A DNA stretch of 64,000 nucleotides from an uncultured archaeon (lineage in GTDB: Archaea > Iainarchaeota > Iainarchaeia > Iainarchaeales > DTGL01), in assembly GCA_964551725.1 (NCBI GenBank), contig CAZKED010000003.1, positions 27,002-91,001 on the forward strand, read 5' to 3'. The translations under genes were made by a program, and so were the position numbers. Under the pieces are notes generated by a model. The model made no database searches, was not told where the DNA came from, and was given only the letters and a program-made list of their open reading frames with translations. Shown here piece by piece: positions 29,240-38,170 of the stretch. Position 1 is the stretch's first letter; each line of letters begins with the position of its first letter.

Positions 29240-30810
29240 AAAAAGAAATCGTCCTCGGGGACGAAGCGCTCGCTCTGGGGGCGGTTGACGCGGGAATTTC
29301 ATGCGCTTTCGCTTATCCCGGAACGCCGAGCACGGAAATAGCCGAGTTCCTCATTTCAGGGCAAAAAGAATTCGGCATCCGCGCGGAATGGTGCGCCAAC
29401 GAAAAAACAGCGTTCGAAGCCGCGCTAGGCGCCTCGTTCGCCGGCAAGCGGGCTCTCGTTTCAATGAAGCACGTTGGATTGAATGTTGCAGCGGATGCTT
29501 TCATGAATTCCGCAATCTCGGGAGTGAAAGGCGGCCTGGTTGTTGCGGTGGCTGACGACCCGGGCATGCATTCCTCGCAGAACGAACAGGACTCTCGCTA
29601 TTATGCGGATTTTGCCAAAATTTTGTGCCTGGAGCCCTGCAACGCGCAGGAAGCATACGATTTCACGCGCAAAGCATTCGCCCTTTCCGAGGAACTGGGC
29701 ATTCCCGTAATGGTGCGCTTGGTCACGAGAATTGCGCACACGCGCGAGGAAATAGAGCGCGGGGAAAAGCGCGGGCAGAACGCGCTGGACGAGAAAATGA
29801 AGTGGAACGAATGGGTTTTGCTGCCGTTGAACGCGCGGGTCCAGTTCAGGAAACTGCTGGAAAAAAAGCCCCTTCTTCTGGAAAAGTCCGGGGAATTCGT
29901 GGAAAGCGGGAAGGGAAAAGGAAAGCGCGGCGTTATTTGCGCGGGAAACGCGTTCAATTATTTCATGGAAGCGGGCAGCGGAATCCCTTGCCTCAAAATT
30001 TCCTCCTATCCCCTGCCAGAGGAAAAAATAAGGGAATTTATCGCCGGTCTTGACGAGATTGTCGTGCTCGAGGACGGCTATCCTTTCATAGAGGAAAAAC
30101 TCGCTGGAATGTTCGGACTGCAGGGAAAAAAAGTGCTCGGAAAGCTCTCAGGGCTCATTCCGAAGGACGGCGAACTCACGCCCGAAAGCGTCAAGAAGGC
30201 GCTTGGAATCAGGGCGAGAATTCCTTTCTCCGTTGAAAAGGAATTTTTGGCGGGAAGACCGCCGCAGCCGTGCAAGGGCTGCCCGCATTCAGACCTTTAC
30301 AGGGCGCTCAATGAAGCCGTAAAGGAATTTCCCGGTGCAATGGTTTTCGGCGACATCGGCTGTTACACTTTGGGGGCATTAAAACCATTTCTTTCAATTA
30401 ACACCTGCATTGAAATGGGCTCCTCCGTTAACATGTCCCGCGGCGCTTCGGTTGCAGGGGCAAGGCATTCAATCGGGGTCATAGGCGATTCAACTTTTGT
30501 GCACGGGGGAATGCCCGCCCTGGCTGAAGCGGCGAAAAGGAAATCAAACATCACCCTGATTGTTCTGGACAACAGCACGGTTGCAATGACCGGGGGGCAG
30601 GAAACAATCGCGCAAGGCGAAGAACTTGTGAGAATCTGCGAAGGACTGGGCATTGAAAAAGAGCACGTTAAAGTCATAGAGCCGCTGCCCGGAAAGCATA
30701 GGGAGAATGCTGAAGTGCTCAAAGGGGAAATTTCGTACAATGGAGCGAGCGTGGTGATCTCAAAGCGCGCGTGCATTCAGATACTGAAAAGGCTGGCGAA
30801 AAAGAAATGA
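29236..30810 (+). CDS. iorA: Indolepyruvate:ferredoxin oxidoreductase alpha subunit
   Basis: YPGTPSTE, MKHVGLNVAAD, SSQNEQD, CKGCPH, GDIGCY, GDSTF; no C-terminal ferredoxin domain. Confidence 0.93.
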   Translation: MKKEIVLGDEALALGAVDAGISCAFAYPGTPSTEIAEFLISGQKEFGIRAEWCANEKTAFEAALGASFAGKRALVSMKHVGLNVAADAFMNSAISGVKGGLVVAVADDPGMHSSQNEQDSRYYADFAKILCLEPCNAQEAYDFTRKAFALSEELGIPVMVRLVTRIAHTREEIERGEKRGQNALDEKMKWNEWVLLPLNARVQFRKLLEKKPLLLEKSGEFVESGKGKGKRGVICAGNAFNYFMEAGSGIPCLKISSYPLPEEKIREFIAGLDEIVVLEDGYPFIEEKLAGMFGLQGKKVLGKLSGLIPKDGELTPESVKKALGIRARIPFSVEKEFLAGRPPQPCKGCPHSDLYRALNEAVKEFPGAMVFGDIGCYTLGALKPFLSINTCIEMGSSVNMSRGASVAGARHSIGVIGDSTFVHGGMPALAEAAKRKSNITLIVLDNSTVAMTGGQETIAQGEELVRICEGLGIEKEHVKVIEPLPGKHRENAEVLKGEISYNGASVVISKRACIQILKRLAKKK

Positions 30811-31370
30811 AAAAGAACATTTTAATCTGCGGAGTCGGGGGGCAGGGCGTCCTGACAATTGCCAAAATAATAGTGATTGCGGCACAGAGCCAGGGAGTGA
30901 AATTCAAGCAGAACGAAGTCCACGGAATGAGCCAGCGCGGCGGCTCGGTGTACGTTCACCTGCGTTTGTCCAGCGAGAAAATTTTTTCCCCCATCATTCC
31001 CAAGGGGGAAGCGGATATCGTCCTTTCACTGGAGCCGATGGAGGCACTGCGCTATGCCCCTTTCCTTGCCAGAGGCGGTGTTTTCGTTTCAAGTTCCGCG
31101 CAGGTTAAGAACATCGAATACGATTACGGGAAAACAATAGAAAAAATCCGCGCGCTGGGGGGAAACCCCTTGGATTCCCGAAAGCTTGCGGAGGAAGCCG
31201 GAAATGCCCTCACGGAAAACGTCGTACTGCTCGGCGCCGTGAGCCCCGCGCTCGGATTGAAGGAAGGCGCGCTGGAGCAGGCACTGGAAAGAGCATTCGC
31301 TTCCAGGGACGGGGAAATCCTTAAAATCAACCTTAAAGCATTCGCCCTCGGAAAGAAAGCCCTTGCCTGA
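30807..31370 (+). CDS. iorB: Indolepyruvate:ferredoxin oxidoreductase beta subunit
   Basis: GVGGQG, EVHGMSQRGGSV, EPMEALR; ATGA overlap. Confidence 0.93.
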   Translation: MKKNILICGVGGQGVLTIAKIIVIAAQSQGVKFKQNEVHGMSQRGGSVYVHLRLSSEKIFSPIIPKGEADIVLSLEPMEALRYAPFLARGGVFVSSSAQVKNIEYDYGKTIEKIRALGGNPLDSRKLAEEAGNALTENVVLLGAVSPALGLKEGALEQALERAFASRDGEILKINLKAFALGKKALA

Positions 31371-31379
31371 ACTGCGTAA

Positions 31380-32114
31380 TCAGATTTCCTTTTCTGCCAG
31401 CGTTCTTCTTTCTTTTGTTATTGCAATTTTTTCCGCGCCTTCCTTGCGCGGCAGAACAAACACGAATTTTAGGCTGTCCACTTTTGTGGGAGGATTGCTC
31501 ATTATAAAGAAAACAGCGTTGAATGGAAGCTCATATAGAATGCCTCCCTTCGAATCGAGCAATTGCACCGAGTAGTCGCCAGCAGGCACCACGCTTATTC
31601 TCCCTTCGGCGAGGGTTGAAACTTCCTCAATTGTTGCCTCGCCCTTGTCAGTGAGTTCAAAGGTTACTTTGAGGAGGTTGTTCAAATCCTCGAATTTTTC
31701 CGTTCCAGCGCCTTCCATTGGGTTGATTAATCCCTCTGGAACATAATCAGCACCTTCAATTACTTCAACTCCATTTATGTCCTGGTTTCTCGCTTCCCCC
31801 AATACCTGCTGCATCGCCCCAGTCATCGGCTTATCCCCCACCCCCGAGGGCCCCTCGCCACCTATGCCAATGTCAATTAAGCCGGCGCGGGAGAGGAAAT
31901 CCACCACAAAGAATGCCCCTATTGCAATGGAAGCAATTATCAGGGCAACTACAACAAAAATCAAAACCGTGCGCGTTTTTTTCTTTGCAAGTTTTGCCTT
32001 TGGCTTCCCCTTTCTCTCCGCGGTCTTCTCAGTCTCTTCTATCTTTTGGGGTTTTCCCTCGGGCTTTTCTTCCTTTTTTTCCTTTTTTCCTTTTTTTCTG
32101 CCCAAAAGCTTCAT
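31380..32114 (-). CDS. Single-TM membrane-anchored protein, partner of giant protease
   Basis: K-rich N-tail, one TM, beta-rich C-domain; ATG directly follows the TAA of the upstream gene. Confidence 0.75.
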   Translation of the reverse strand: MKLLGRKKGKKEKKEEKPEGKPQKIEETEKTAERKGKPKAKLAKKKTRTVLIFVVVALIIASIAIGAFFVVDFLSRAGLIDIGIGGEGPSGVGDKPMTGAMQQVLGEARNQDINGVEVIEGADYVPEGLINPMEGAGTEKFEDLNNLLKVTFELTDKGEATIEEVSTLAEGRISVVPAGDYSVQLLDSKGGILYELPFNAVFFIMSNPPTKVDSLKFVFVLPRKEGAEKIAITKERRTLAEKEI

Positions 32115-35100
32115 TTACCTCCACCCCTTTGCAAACAAGTCGAATATGTCGTCAAACCATTCAAGGCTCTCGTCAGTGAACTCCCTGGGCACGCCCTCCA
32201 TGCCTCCTGGCCCCATGATGCTCCTGCCGCCGTTTGCTGTTACGCCGCCGTCACAGCAGACCTCCCATTCGCATTTCTCGCAGTGCTCCGGGTAGGAATT
32301 GGGGCAGCTTATCCCCCAGCGCTCCTGGAGCTCTTCGTCTGCATCTTGCCAGTAGGCGTAGCCGTACTCGTCGCACAGCAGGAAGGTGTGCCCCAGCTCG
32401 TGCGCGCTTACCTGTTCCTCAACGCCCTCCGCGTAAACACTCGAATACCCAAGGTAAGTGAAGCCCATGGCGCTACAGTAATCCGAATCCGTAAGACCAA
32501 TATAGCGGTCAGCCGGCGCGTTGTTGATGCCGTGATCTGTGATCTTCCATAGCACTTGGTAGCAGGGATCGTCGAGGTTCAAGGGCGCATCCGAGAGCTT
32601 TTTCACCGTTACATTGAATTTTTTCTCCAGCCCTGATTTTTCAATGAAAAAATTCGACTGCCGCTCCGCCTCTTCCTCGAATTCCTGCATTGAGCCCTGC
32701 CAGTTCAATGGGATAACACCGATGACAAAGTCGGGCTTTTCCAGCGAAAAATTGTCGGTAAACTGCTTCTGGCCGTTCACGAAAAACTCCACGGTGTGGG
32801 AACCGTATGCCATTTCTTTATCACTCCCCGCGATTTCCATGAAAGCGTAGGTAATGGAGCTGCCGCTGTTCTCGGCGCGCTTCACCACCTCGCTGATTTT
32901 TCCCTGCGGTCCAGTGAACACCCATTTCAATTCAGCGTTTTTCCCGACATTCCCCAAGTGCACCCTGCTGATGAGCCAGGGGTCAGTGAACTTGAAACTA
33001 GAACTCGGGACATTGCAGGAAAGGTCGTCGTTCAGGTACTTGCATAGCTCGTGGGATTCCACAAGGTTGCCTCTTGAAACATAGAAAGGTGCCTTGTAGT
33101 TGTAGGTAATCATCCTAGAGCCGTCTAGCGCAACGTCAACCGAGGCGAACACCCACCACGTTCCGACCAGGTATTTTCCATAGCCCGCCTGATTTATGTA
33201 AGAGGGCGAGATGTAGTCATAGCTTTCGCCCGGCGTCTCGTCCCCGGAAGTGCCGTCAGGCCAGACCCAGCGCCACCTGTATGCCTTGGGCTCAAAGGTG
33301 TGCACAACCGTGCTGCCCTCGACTGTATCGACTATCTCCTCCGGAACAGTCAGCACTGCAATAACCCACTCGTCGTTTGTGGAAAACCTGTCGGCGGCGG
33401 CCCAGGGCGTGCCGTCGGTGTAAAGACCGTGGGCTGTCACAAGCTCGATGAACAAATGGTCGGTTTCCATGGTAGGCTCTATCCTGAAGGAATCCGTGAA
33501 TTTCAGCTCGCCGTTGTAATAGAACTCGACAATCCAGTCGTTCCTGAAGAGCTCTGTATAGGGCATTCCGTCCAAGTCAAGGTAGTTGGCGTACTGGAAC
33601 TCGCCGATTGACTCCCATTCGACCTCGTATGCCTCCTTGAAATAAGGAGCGAATTCTGTGCCGTGCGAGTTCTTGAAAACCCAGTAGAATGTATCGCCCT
33701 TCCTGGGGTTTGCGATGTTCACCCAGGAAGCGATGTAGGGGTCGGAATCCTTGAAGCTTGTGGACTTGCCGATGCAGTGGAACTCCTTGTCGATGTCCCT
33801 GCACAGGCTGTGCTCTTTTATGCTTGTCTCGCTGGAAATCTCGCAGCCTGTAAGCATCGAAACATACGTGCCTGGCTCTGTGCCAGGGCACTGGTCCTTG
33901 TCGTTGGGGACGTCATCCCCGTCCGAATCATCCTCGCGGTATTTTATTTCAAACGCGTCGGAGAACTGCTTTTCGCCGTTAAGGTAAAAGTCAACACGCC
34001 AGTCAAAACTGACCGCATCGTAGGGGATGTCCTGCGGCCAGTCACCAGGGTCAAGGCTGATGATCGCATAATTCATAAGCTCTTCGCCTGGCTCAAAAAC
34101 GTTCTTAACGATTTCCCTTGAAACCTGCTCTTCCCCGGTTTCCCTGTCAATGTACACGAAATCCCACTTGAGCGCATCGGAATAGGCAAGCTTTTCAAAA
34201 GACACGATGCTGTAGAGGTATTCCTTTCCGTAATAGAAGTAATCCCTTTCAACCCAACTCTCTGTCTCCTCCTCAAATGTCTCGAGGGAGTGTTCTTTTA
34301 CCACGGAATCGCTTGCAGTCTTGCAGCCGAACTCGTTTACTTCCGAGCCTTCCGGAGTTTCAGGGCACATGTCGATGTCATCAGGAATGCCGTCGCCGTC
34401 GGTGTCCTCAACAACCAGGCAGCCCTCGTCTACCACGTTGTCGCAGTCGTCGTCCACGCCGTTGCATTTCTCCTCTGCCCCGGGGTGAATGCTGGCGTTG
34501 CTGTCGTCGCAGTCAATTTCCTCTTCAGAGCCGTCTGAATCGCTGTCCACTATTTCCTCCACCACAGCGGCAGGGGAAGAGCCCCAAGACAAGAGGTAGA
34601 GGTCTGTTTCAGGGTAAGCGCTCCAGCCCCCGGGATGGTGTGCCAGCACAATGTTCTGCCCTGCGCCGTCGATGTAAGAGCCGTCAAAGCCTGCGCTCCA
34701 GCCGGCCCAGCCAAAGAATCCGTGGTGTGGGTCCTGGTAATCGCCTTCCGAGCCTACCAGTATGTTTTCGCGCGTTCCCTGCGCGTTCAAAATGTAACAC
34801 CTGGCGCCGTCCCTGTACACTATTGCAGAGCCTGTGCTGTTCACAGAACACTGCACGCCGCTGCTCTCCCTTTCGGTGATGGGCCAGTGCTCGCCTGATG
34901 CCCTGTCCCACGCGAAAGAAGGGCCGTTGTACTTGCTTGTGATAACATAGTCCTGCGTTCCGGCAAAGTTTGTGAAGGGGTAGTCGTTTTCTGCGCCGAA
35001 ATCCGTTTCCTTTTTCAGCTGTCCGGTGTCAAGGTTGAAAGAGTAAACGTCGTTGTCATAGATGTCCGAGGAGTTGTCGAGCTGGAAGAAAACATCGCTC

Positions 35101-36638
35101 CCAGACATCATGATGTAAGAGCCCCAGCCGAAGTTAGGGTATTGGTCCAGTGCAGCCTTGAATATGAGTTCCTGTGAGCCGTCCCAGCCCACTTTGACCA
35201 GGCCCATGTCGGCCTTGTCGTTTCCCCTGTGGCCGCTCTTGACAAGCGAGACCAGCGCAACGATTTCGTCGCTTTCGTTTATCGCAATCGCTTCGAAAAT
35301 CGAGCCGTCGTAGCCGGGAAACACCGCCAGCTTGCTGAAGCTGAGCTCTGAGCCATCGGAATTCATGAAGCCAAAGTACTCGCCCCAGCTCCAGGCTGTC
35401 TGGTTGTTCTGGTTTGCCCTCTGGGCAAAAAACACCACCTTTGAGCCGTCCCTGCTCAGGAGCGGAGTGTTGAACCTCGACATGTAGTAATAGGTTGTGC
35501 TCCCAGACCTGCCCTCTTCAACGGTCTTGCCCTCGAAGGCGCGCGTGAGGCTGCTGCCGTCCGCGTTCACTGTGTAAATGCTGTAGTGCGCCTTTGTCCA
35601 AGAGCGCTCGTCGCTCAGCCAATACTCCGCAATAAAAGCAACTTTGCTCCCGTCGAAGGAAATCGAGGGGTTCCTCGCGCTTGTCTCGCCTGCAGTAAAC
35701 GGAGTGAGGAGCGTTACCGTGGGAACAACCCGCCCCTCAAGGGGTATAGGTGTGGGAGTCGCAGTAGGGGTCGGAGTCGGGCTTGGGCTCGGGGAAGGGC
35801 TTGGCGAAGGAGATGGACTTGGCGAGGGAGAAGGACTCGGACTGGGAGAAGGGCTTGGACTTGGAGAGGGGCTGGGTGAAGGTGAGGGCGATGGACTAGG
35901 ACTCGGGGAGGGGCAAGGGCTAGGGCTTGGAGAAGGGGACGGAGAGGGACTGGGCGAAGGAGAGGGGGAAGGAGAAGGACTCGGCGAGGGCGAGGGTGAA
36001 GGCGATGGAGAGGGACTCGGCGAAGGACTGGGGGAAGGGGATGGACTCGGGCTGGGGCTCGGCGAGGGAGAAGGACTTGGACTCGGGCTCGGGGAAGGAC
36101 TCGGAGAAGGCGATGGGGAGGGCTCGGGCTCCTCGCCCGCGCATTGCCCTGCCAGGGTTGGCGCATAGGTGAATGTAATTTCATCGAAGGTCGGGGAAAC
36201 GTTGGAAAGATTCATTTTTGCGTAGGTGTTTTCTATTGTTTTTACAACGTAAGTGTGGCCAACTATCGCTTTTGGGTTGCACACCCAGTCCCCTTCTGGA
36301 AGTGAGGTCACTGAGTCAAGGGGAACCGACCCGGCGTCCTTGAAGCATTTTAGCCAAAAGTAATTTTCATCCGCTTCGCAGTTTGTAGTTTCTTCCTGTC
36401 CTCCCGTGTCCAGGCCGGCTCCGTCTCCATAGCCGGAAATTGGAGTGCTGTACCAGAATACAACCCTCACATCGCCTGAAAACTGGTCATCAGTGACTGC
36501 ACCCGCCGAGAAGTCAAAGTAATCCATGTGAGTGAGTATTATTTCCTCGCATGCCGCGGAAGAAAAAGGCAAAAGCGCCGCTAGGAATAACAGCACGGGA
36601 ACAATTTCGATTAACCTGTCCTTTCCCCATGGCGCCAT
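32115..36638 (-). CDS. 1507-aa secreted multidomain zinc metalloprotease-like protein
   Basis: Signal peptide, PS linker, TolB-like propeller ([12 protein letters not shown]), Ca-binding DxDxDG/TSP3-like motifs, four Ig-like repeats, [13 protein letters not shown]. Confidence 0.85.
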   Translation of the reverse strand: MAPWGKDRLIEIVPVLLFLAALLPFSSAACEEIILTHMDYFDFSAGAVTDDQFSGDVRVVFWYSTPISGYGDGAGLDTGGQEETTNCEADENYFWLKCFKDAGSVPLDSVTSLPEGDWVCNPKAIVGHTYVVKTIENTYAKMNLSNVSPTFDEITFTYAPTLAGQCAGEEPEPSPSPSPSPSPSPSPSPSPSPSPSPSPSPSPSPSPSPSPSPSPSPSPSPSPSPSPSPSPSPSPSPSPSPCPSPSPSPSPSPSPSPSPSPSPSPSPSPSPSPSPSPSPSPSPSPSPTPTPTATPTPIPLEGRVVPTVTLLTPFTAGETSARNPSISFDGSKVAFIAEYWLSDERSWTKAHYSIYTVNADGSSLTRAFEGKTVEEGRSGSTTYYYMSRFNTPLLSRDGSKVVFFAQRANQNNQTAWSWGEYFGFMNSDGSELSFSKLAVFPGYDGSIFEAIAINESDEIVALVSLVKSGHRGNDKADMGLVKVGWDGSQELIFKAALDQYPNFGWGSYIMMSGSDVFFQLDNSSDIYDNDVYSFNLDTGQLKKETDFGAENDYPFTNFAGTQDYVITSKYNGPSFAWDRASGEHWPITERESSGVQCSVNSTGSAIVYRDGARCYILNAQGTRENILVGSEGDYQDPHHGFFGWAGWSAGFDGSYIDGAGQNIVLAHHPGGWSAYPETDLYLLSWGSSPAAVVEEIVDSDSDGSEEEIDCDDSNASIHPGAEEKCNGVDDDCDNVVDEGCLVVEDTDGDGIPDDIDMCPETPEGSEVNEFGCKTASDSVVKEHSLETFEEETESWVERDYFYYGKEYLYSIVSFEKLAYSDALKWDFVYIDRETGEEQVSREIVKNVFEPGEELMNYAIISLDPGDWPQDIPYDAVSFDWRVDFYLNGEKQFSDAFEIKYREDDSDGDDVPNDKDQCPGTEPGTYVSMLTGCEISSETSIKEHSLCRDIDKEFHCIGKSTSFKDSDPYIASWVNIANPRKGDTFYWVFKNSHGTEFAPYFKEAYEVEWESIGEFQYANYLDLDGMPYTELFRNDWIVEFYYNGELKFTDSFRIEPTMETDHLFIELVTAHGLYTDGTPWAAADRFSTNDEWVIAVLTVPEEIVDTVEGSTVVHTFEPKAYRWRWVWPDGTSGDETPGESYDYISPSYINQAGYGKYLVGTWWVFASVDVALDGSRMITYNYKAPFYVSRGNLVESHELCKYLNDDLSCNVPSSSFKFTDPWLISRVHLGNVGKNAELKWVFTGPQGKISEVVKRAENSGSSITYAFMEIAGSDKEMAYGSHTVEFFVNGQKQFTDNFSLEKPDFVIGVIPLNWQGSMQEFEEEAERQSNFFIEKSGLEKKFNVTVKKLSDAPLNLDDPCYQVLWKITDHGINNAPADRYIGLTDSDYCSAMGFTYLGYSSVYAEGVEEQVSAHELGHTFLLCDEYGYAYWQDADEELQERWGISCPNSYPEHCEKCEWEVCCDGGVTANGGRSIMGPGGMEGVPREFTDESLEWFDDIFDLFAKGWR
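35748..36122 (-). repeat. Pro-Ser/Pro-Thr dipeptide linker repeat (about 125 codons)
   Basis: (PS)n then [11 protein letters not shown], with varied synonymous codons and one Cys interruption. Confidence 0.95.
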
Positions 36639-36749
36639 TCTTATCGCTCCTATTGTGCGGTTTTTATTCTGCTACTTTTTGCTACTTTTTATTGCTTTAT
36701 TTTATTTAATACTATCGCAGGTCCAATGCCGGGCTCTTTCGCGGAATTT

Positions 36750-38018
36750 TCAGAGCTTTCTTTTGTCGGTCACATGCTTTGATTTTCCTTCCGTGCGCGG
36801 CAGTGCCCCGGGTTCCATTAACGAAACTTTTGCCCTTATCTGAAGCACAGAAACCAGGCTTTCGGAAAGCTTTTTTTCCGTTGCCGCCAGCGCATTCTTG
36901 TCGTTCCATGTTTTTTCCGAAACTTCAACCTGCACTTCTATTGTGTCCAGGTTGTTGACCCTGTCGACAATTATCTGGTAAAATGGTTCCAGTCCCTCGG
37001 TATCCAACAGAACGGTTTCAATCTGCGACGGGAACACATTTATCCCGCGGATTATGAGCATGTCGTCCACGCGCCCGGAAACGCGCTCCATTCTGGGATG
37101 AGTTCGCCCGCAGCTGCATTTATCGTAGTAGAGTTTTGTTATGTCCTTTGTCCTGTAGCGCAGCACGGGAAATCCCTCTTTTGTTATGGTTGTCAACACG
37201 AGTTCGCCTTCCTCTCCATCGGGCAATACTTCGCCTGTCACGGAATCGATTATTTCGGGTATAAAGTGGTCGTCGAAAATGTGCAGCCCGTTTTGCTCGG
37301 AGCACTCGGATGCAACGCCCGGACCGATTATTTCCGTCAGACCGTACATGTCGTATGCCTTTATTCCGGTTCTGTTTTCTATTTCTTCGCGCATGCTGTT
37401 TGACCACGGCTCCGCGCCAAAAAAGCCTGTTTTGACCTTGATTTTGTTTTTGTCGGTGTTCATTTGGTCCATTGCGCCGAAAAGGTACAGCGAATAAGAG
37501 GGAGTGCAGCAAAGCACGGTTGTTCCAAAATCCTGCATTAACATTACCTGCCTTTTAGTGTTGCCCGTGGAAATCGGCACTACTGCCGCGCCCACTTTTT
37601 GTGCGCCGTAATGGAAGCCCAGCCCTCCGGTGAAAAGCCCGTAGCCGTACGCGTTCTGCACCACGTCCTTGCTGGAAACGCCTGCCGCGGTAAAAGCGCG
37701 CGCCATCACTTCGCTCCACACTTCGTCGATGTCTCTCTGGGTGTAGCCGACAACAATTGGTTTGCCCGTGGTGCCCGAGGACGCGTGGAGTTCAACTATT
37801 TCGGACAGCGGCACCGCGAACATCCCGAAAGGGTATGTTTTGCGCAAGTCGTCTTTTACGGTGAAGGGAATTCTTTTGAGGTCTTCAAGGGTTTTCAGGT
37901 CGGCTGGCTTGAAGCCGGCTTCCCTGAATTTTTTTTTGTAGAACGGTATTTTTGCGCACCGCTGCACCGCCCGCTTCAGCCTTTTCAGCTGAATTCTTTC
38001 CCTTTCCTTCAAGGTCAT
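36750..38018 (-). CDS. paaK: Phenylacetate-CoA ligase
   Basis: [44 protein letters not shown]. Confidence 0.93.
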   Translation of the reverse strand: MTLKERERIQLKRLKRAVQRCAKIPFYKKKFREAGFKPADLKTLEDLKRIPFTVKDDLRKTYPFGMFAVPLSEIVELHASSGTTGKPIVVGYTQRDIDEVWSEVMARAFTAAGVSSKDVVQNAYGYGLFTGGLGFHYGAQKVGAAVVPISTGNTKRQVMLMQDFGTTVLCCTPSYSLYLFGAMDQMNTDKNKIKVKTGFFGAEPWSNSMREEIENRTGIKAYDMYGLTEIIGPGVASECSEQNGLHIFDDHFIPEIIDSVTGEVLPDGEEGELVLTTITKEGFPVLRYRTKDITKLYYDKCSCGRTHPRMERVSGRVDDMLIIRGINVFPSQIETVLLDTEGLEPFYQIIVDRVNNLDTIEVQVEVSEKTWNDKNALAATEKKLSESLVSVLQIRAKVSLMEPGALPRTEGKSKHVTDKRKL

Positions 38019-38170
38019 TGTTTCTGCTTTCCTGTTCCAGTACAATAAAAGCACCCCCGAACAAATGCGTTGAAATAATTCGCATGAAAAGGTTTAAAAA
38101 AGCAGGGAGACCTCCCGCTTTACGCGCGGGTGGGTGAAATGTTTAAAAAATCAAGCGGGCTTTATTTTCG

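Noticed and set aside
35748-36122. Possible CRISPR or DNA satellite
   Set aside because: No spacers; repeat is conserved at protein level only; no cas genes
35644-36168. GLGEG repeat ORF, and GVGS ORF at 60455..60967
   Set aside because: Reverse-complement readings of the PS and PTPE linkers
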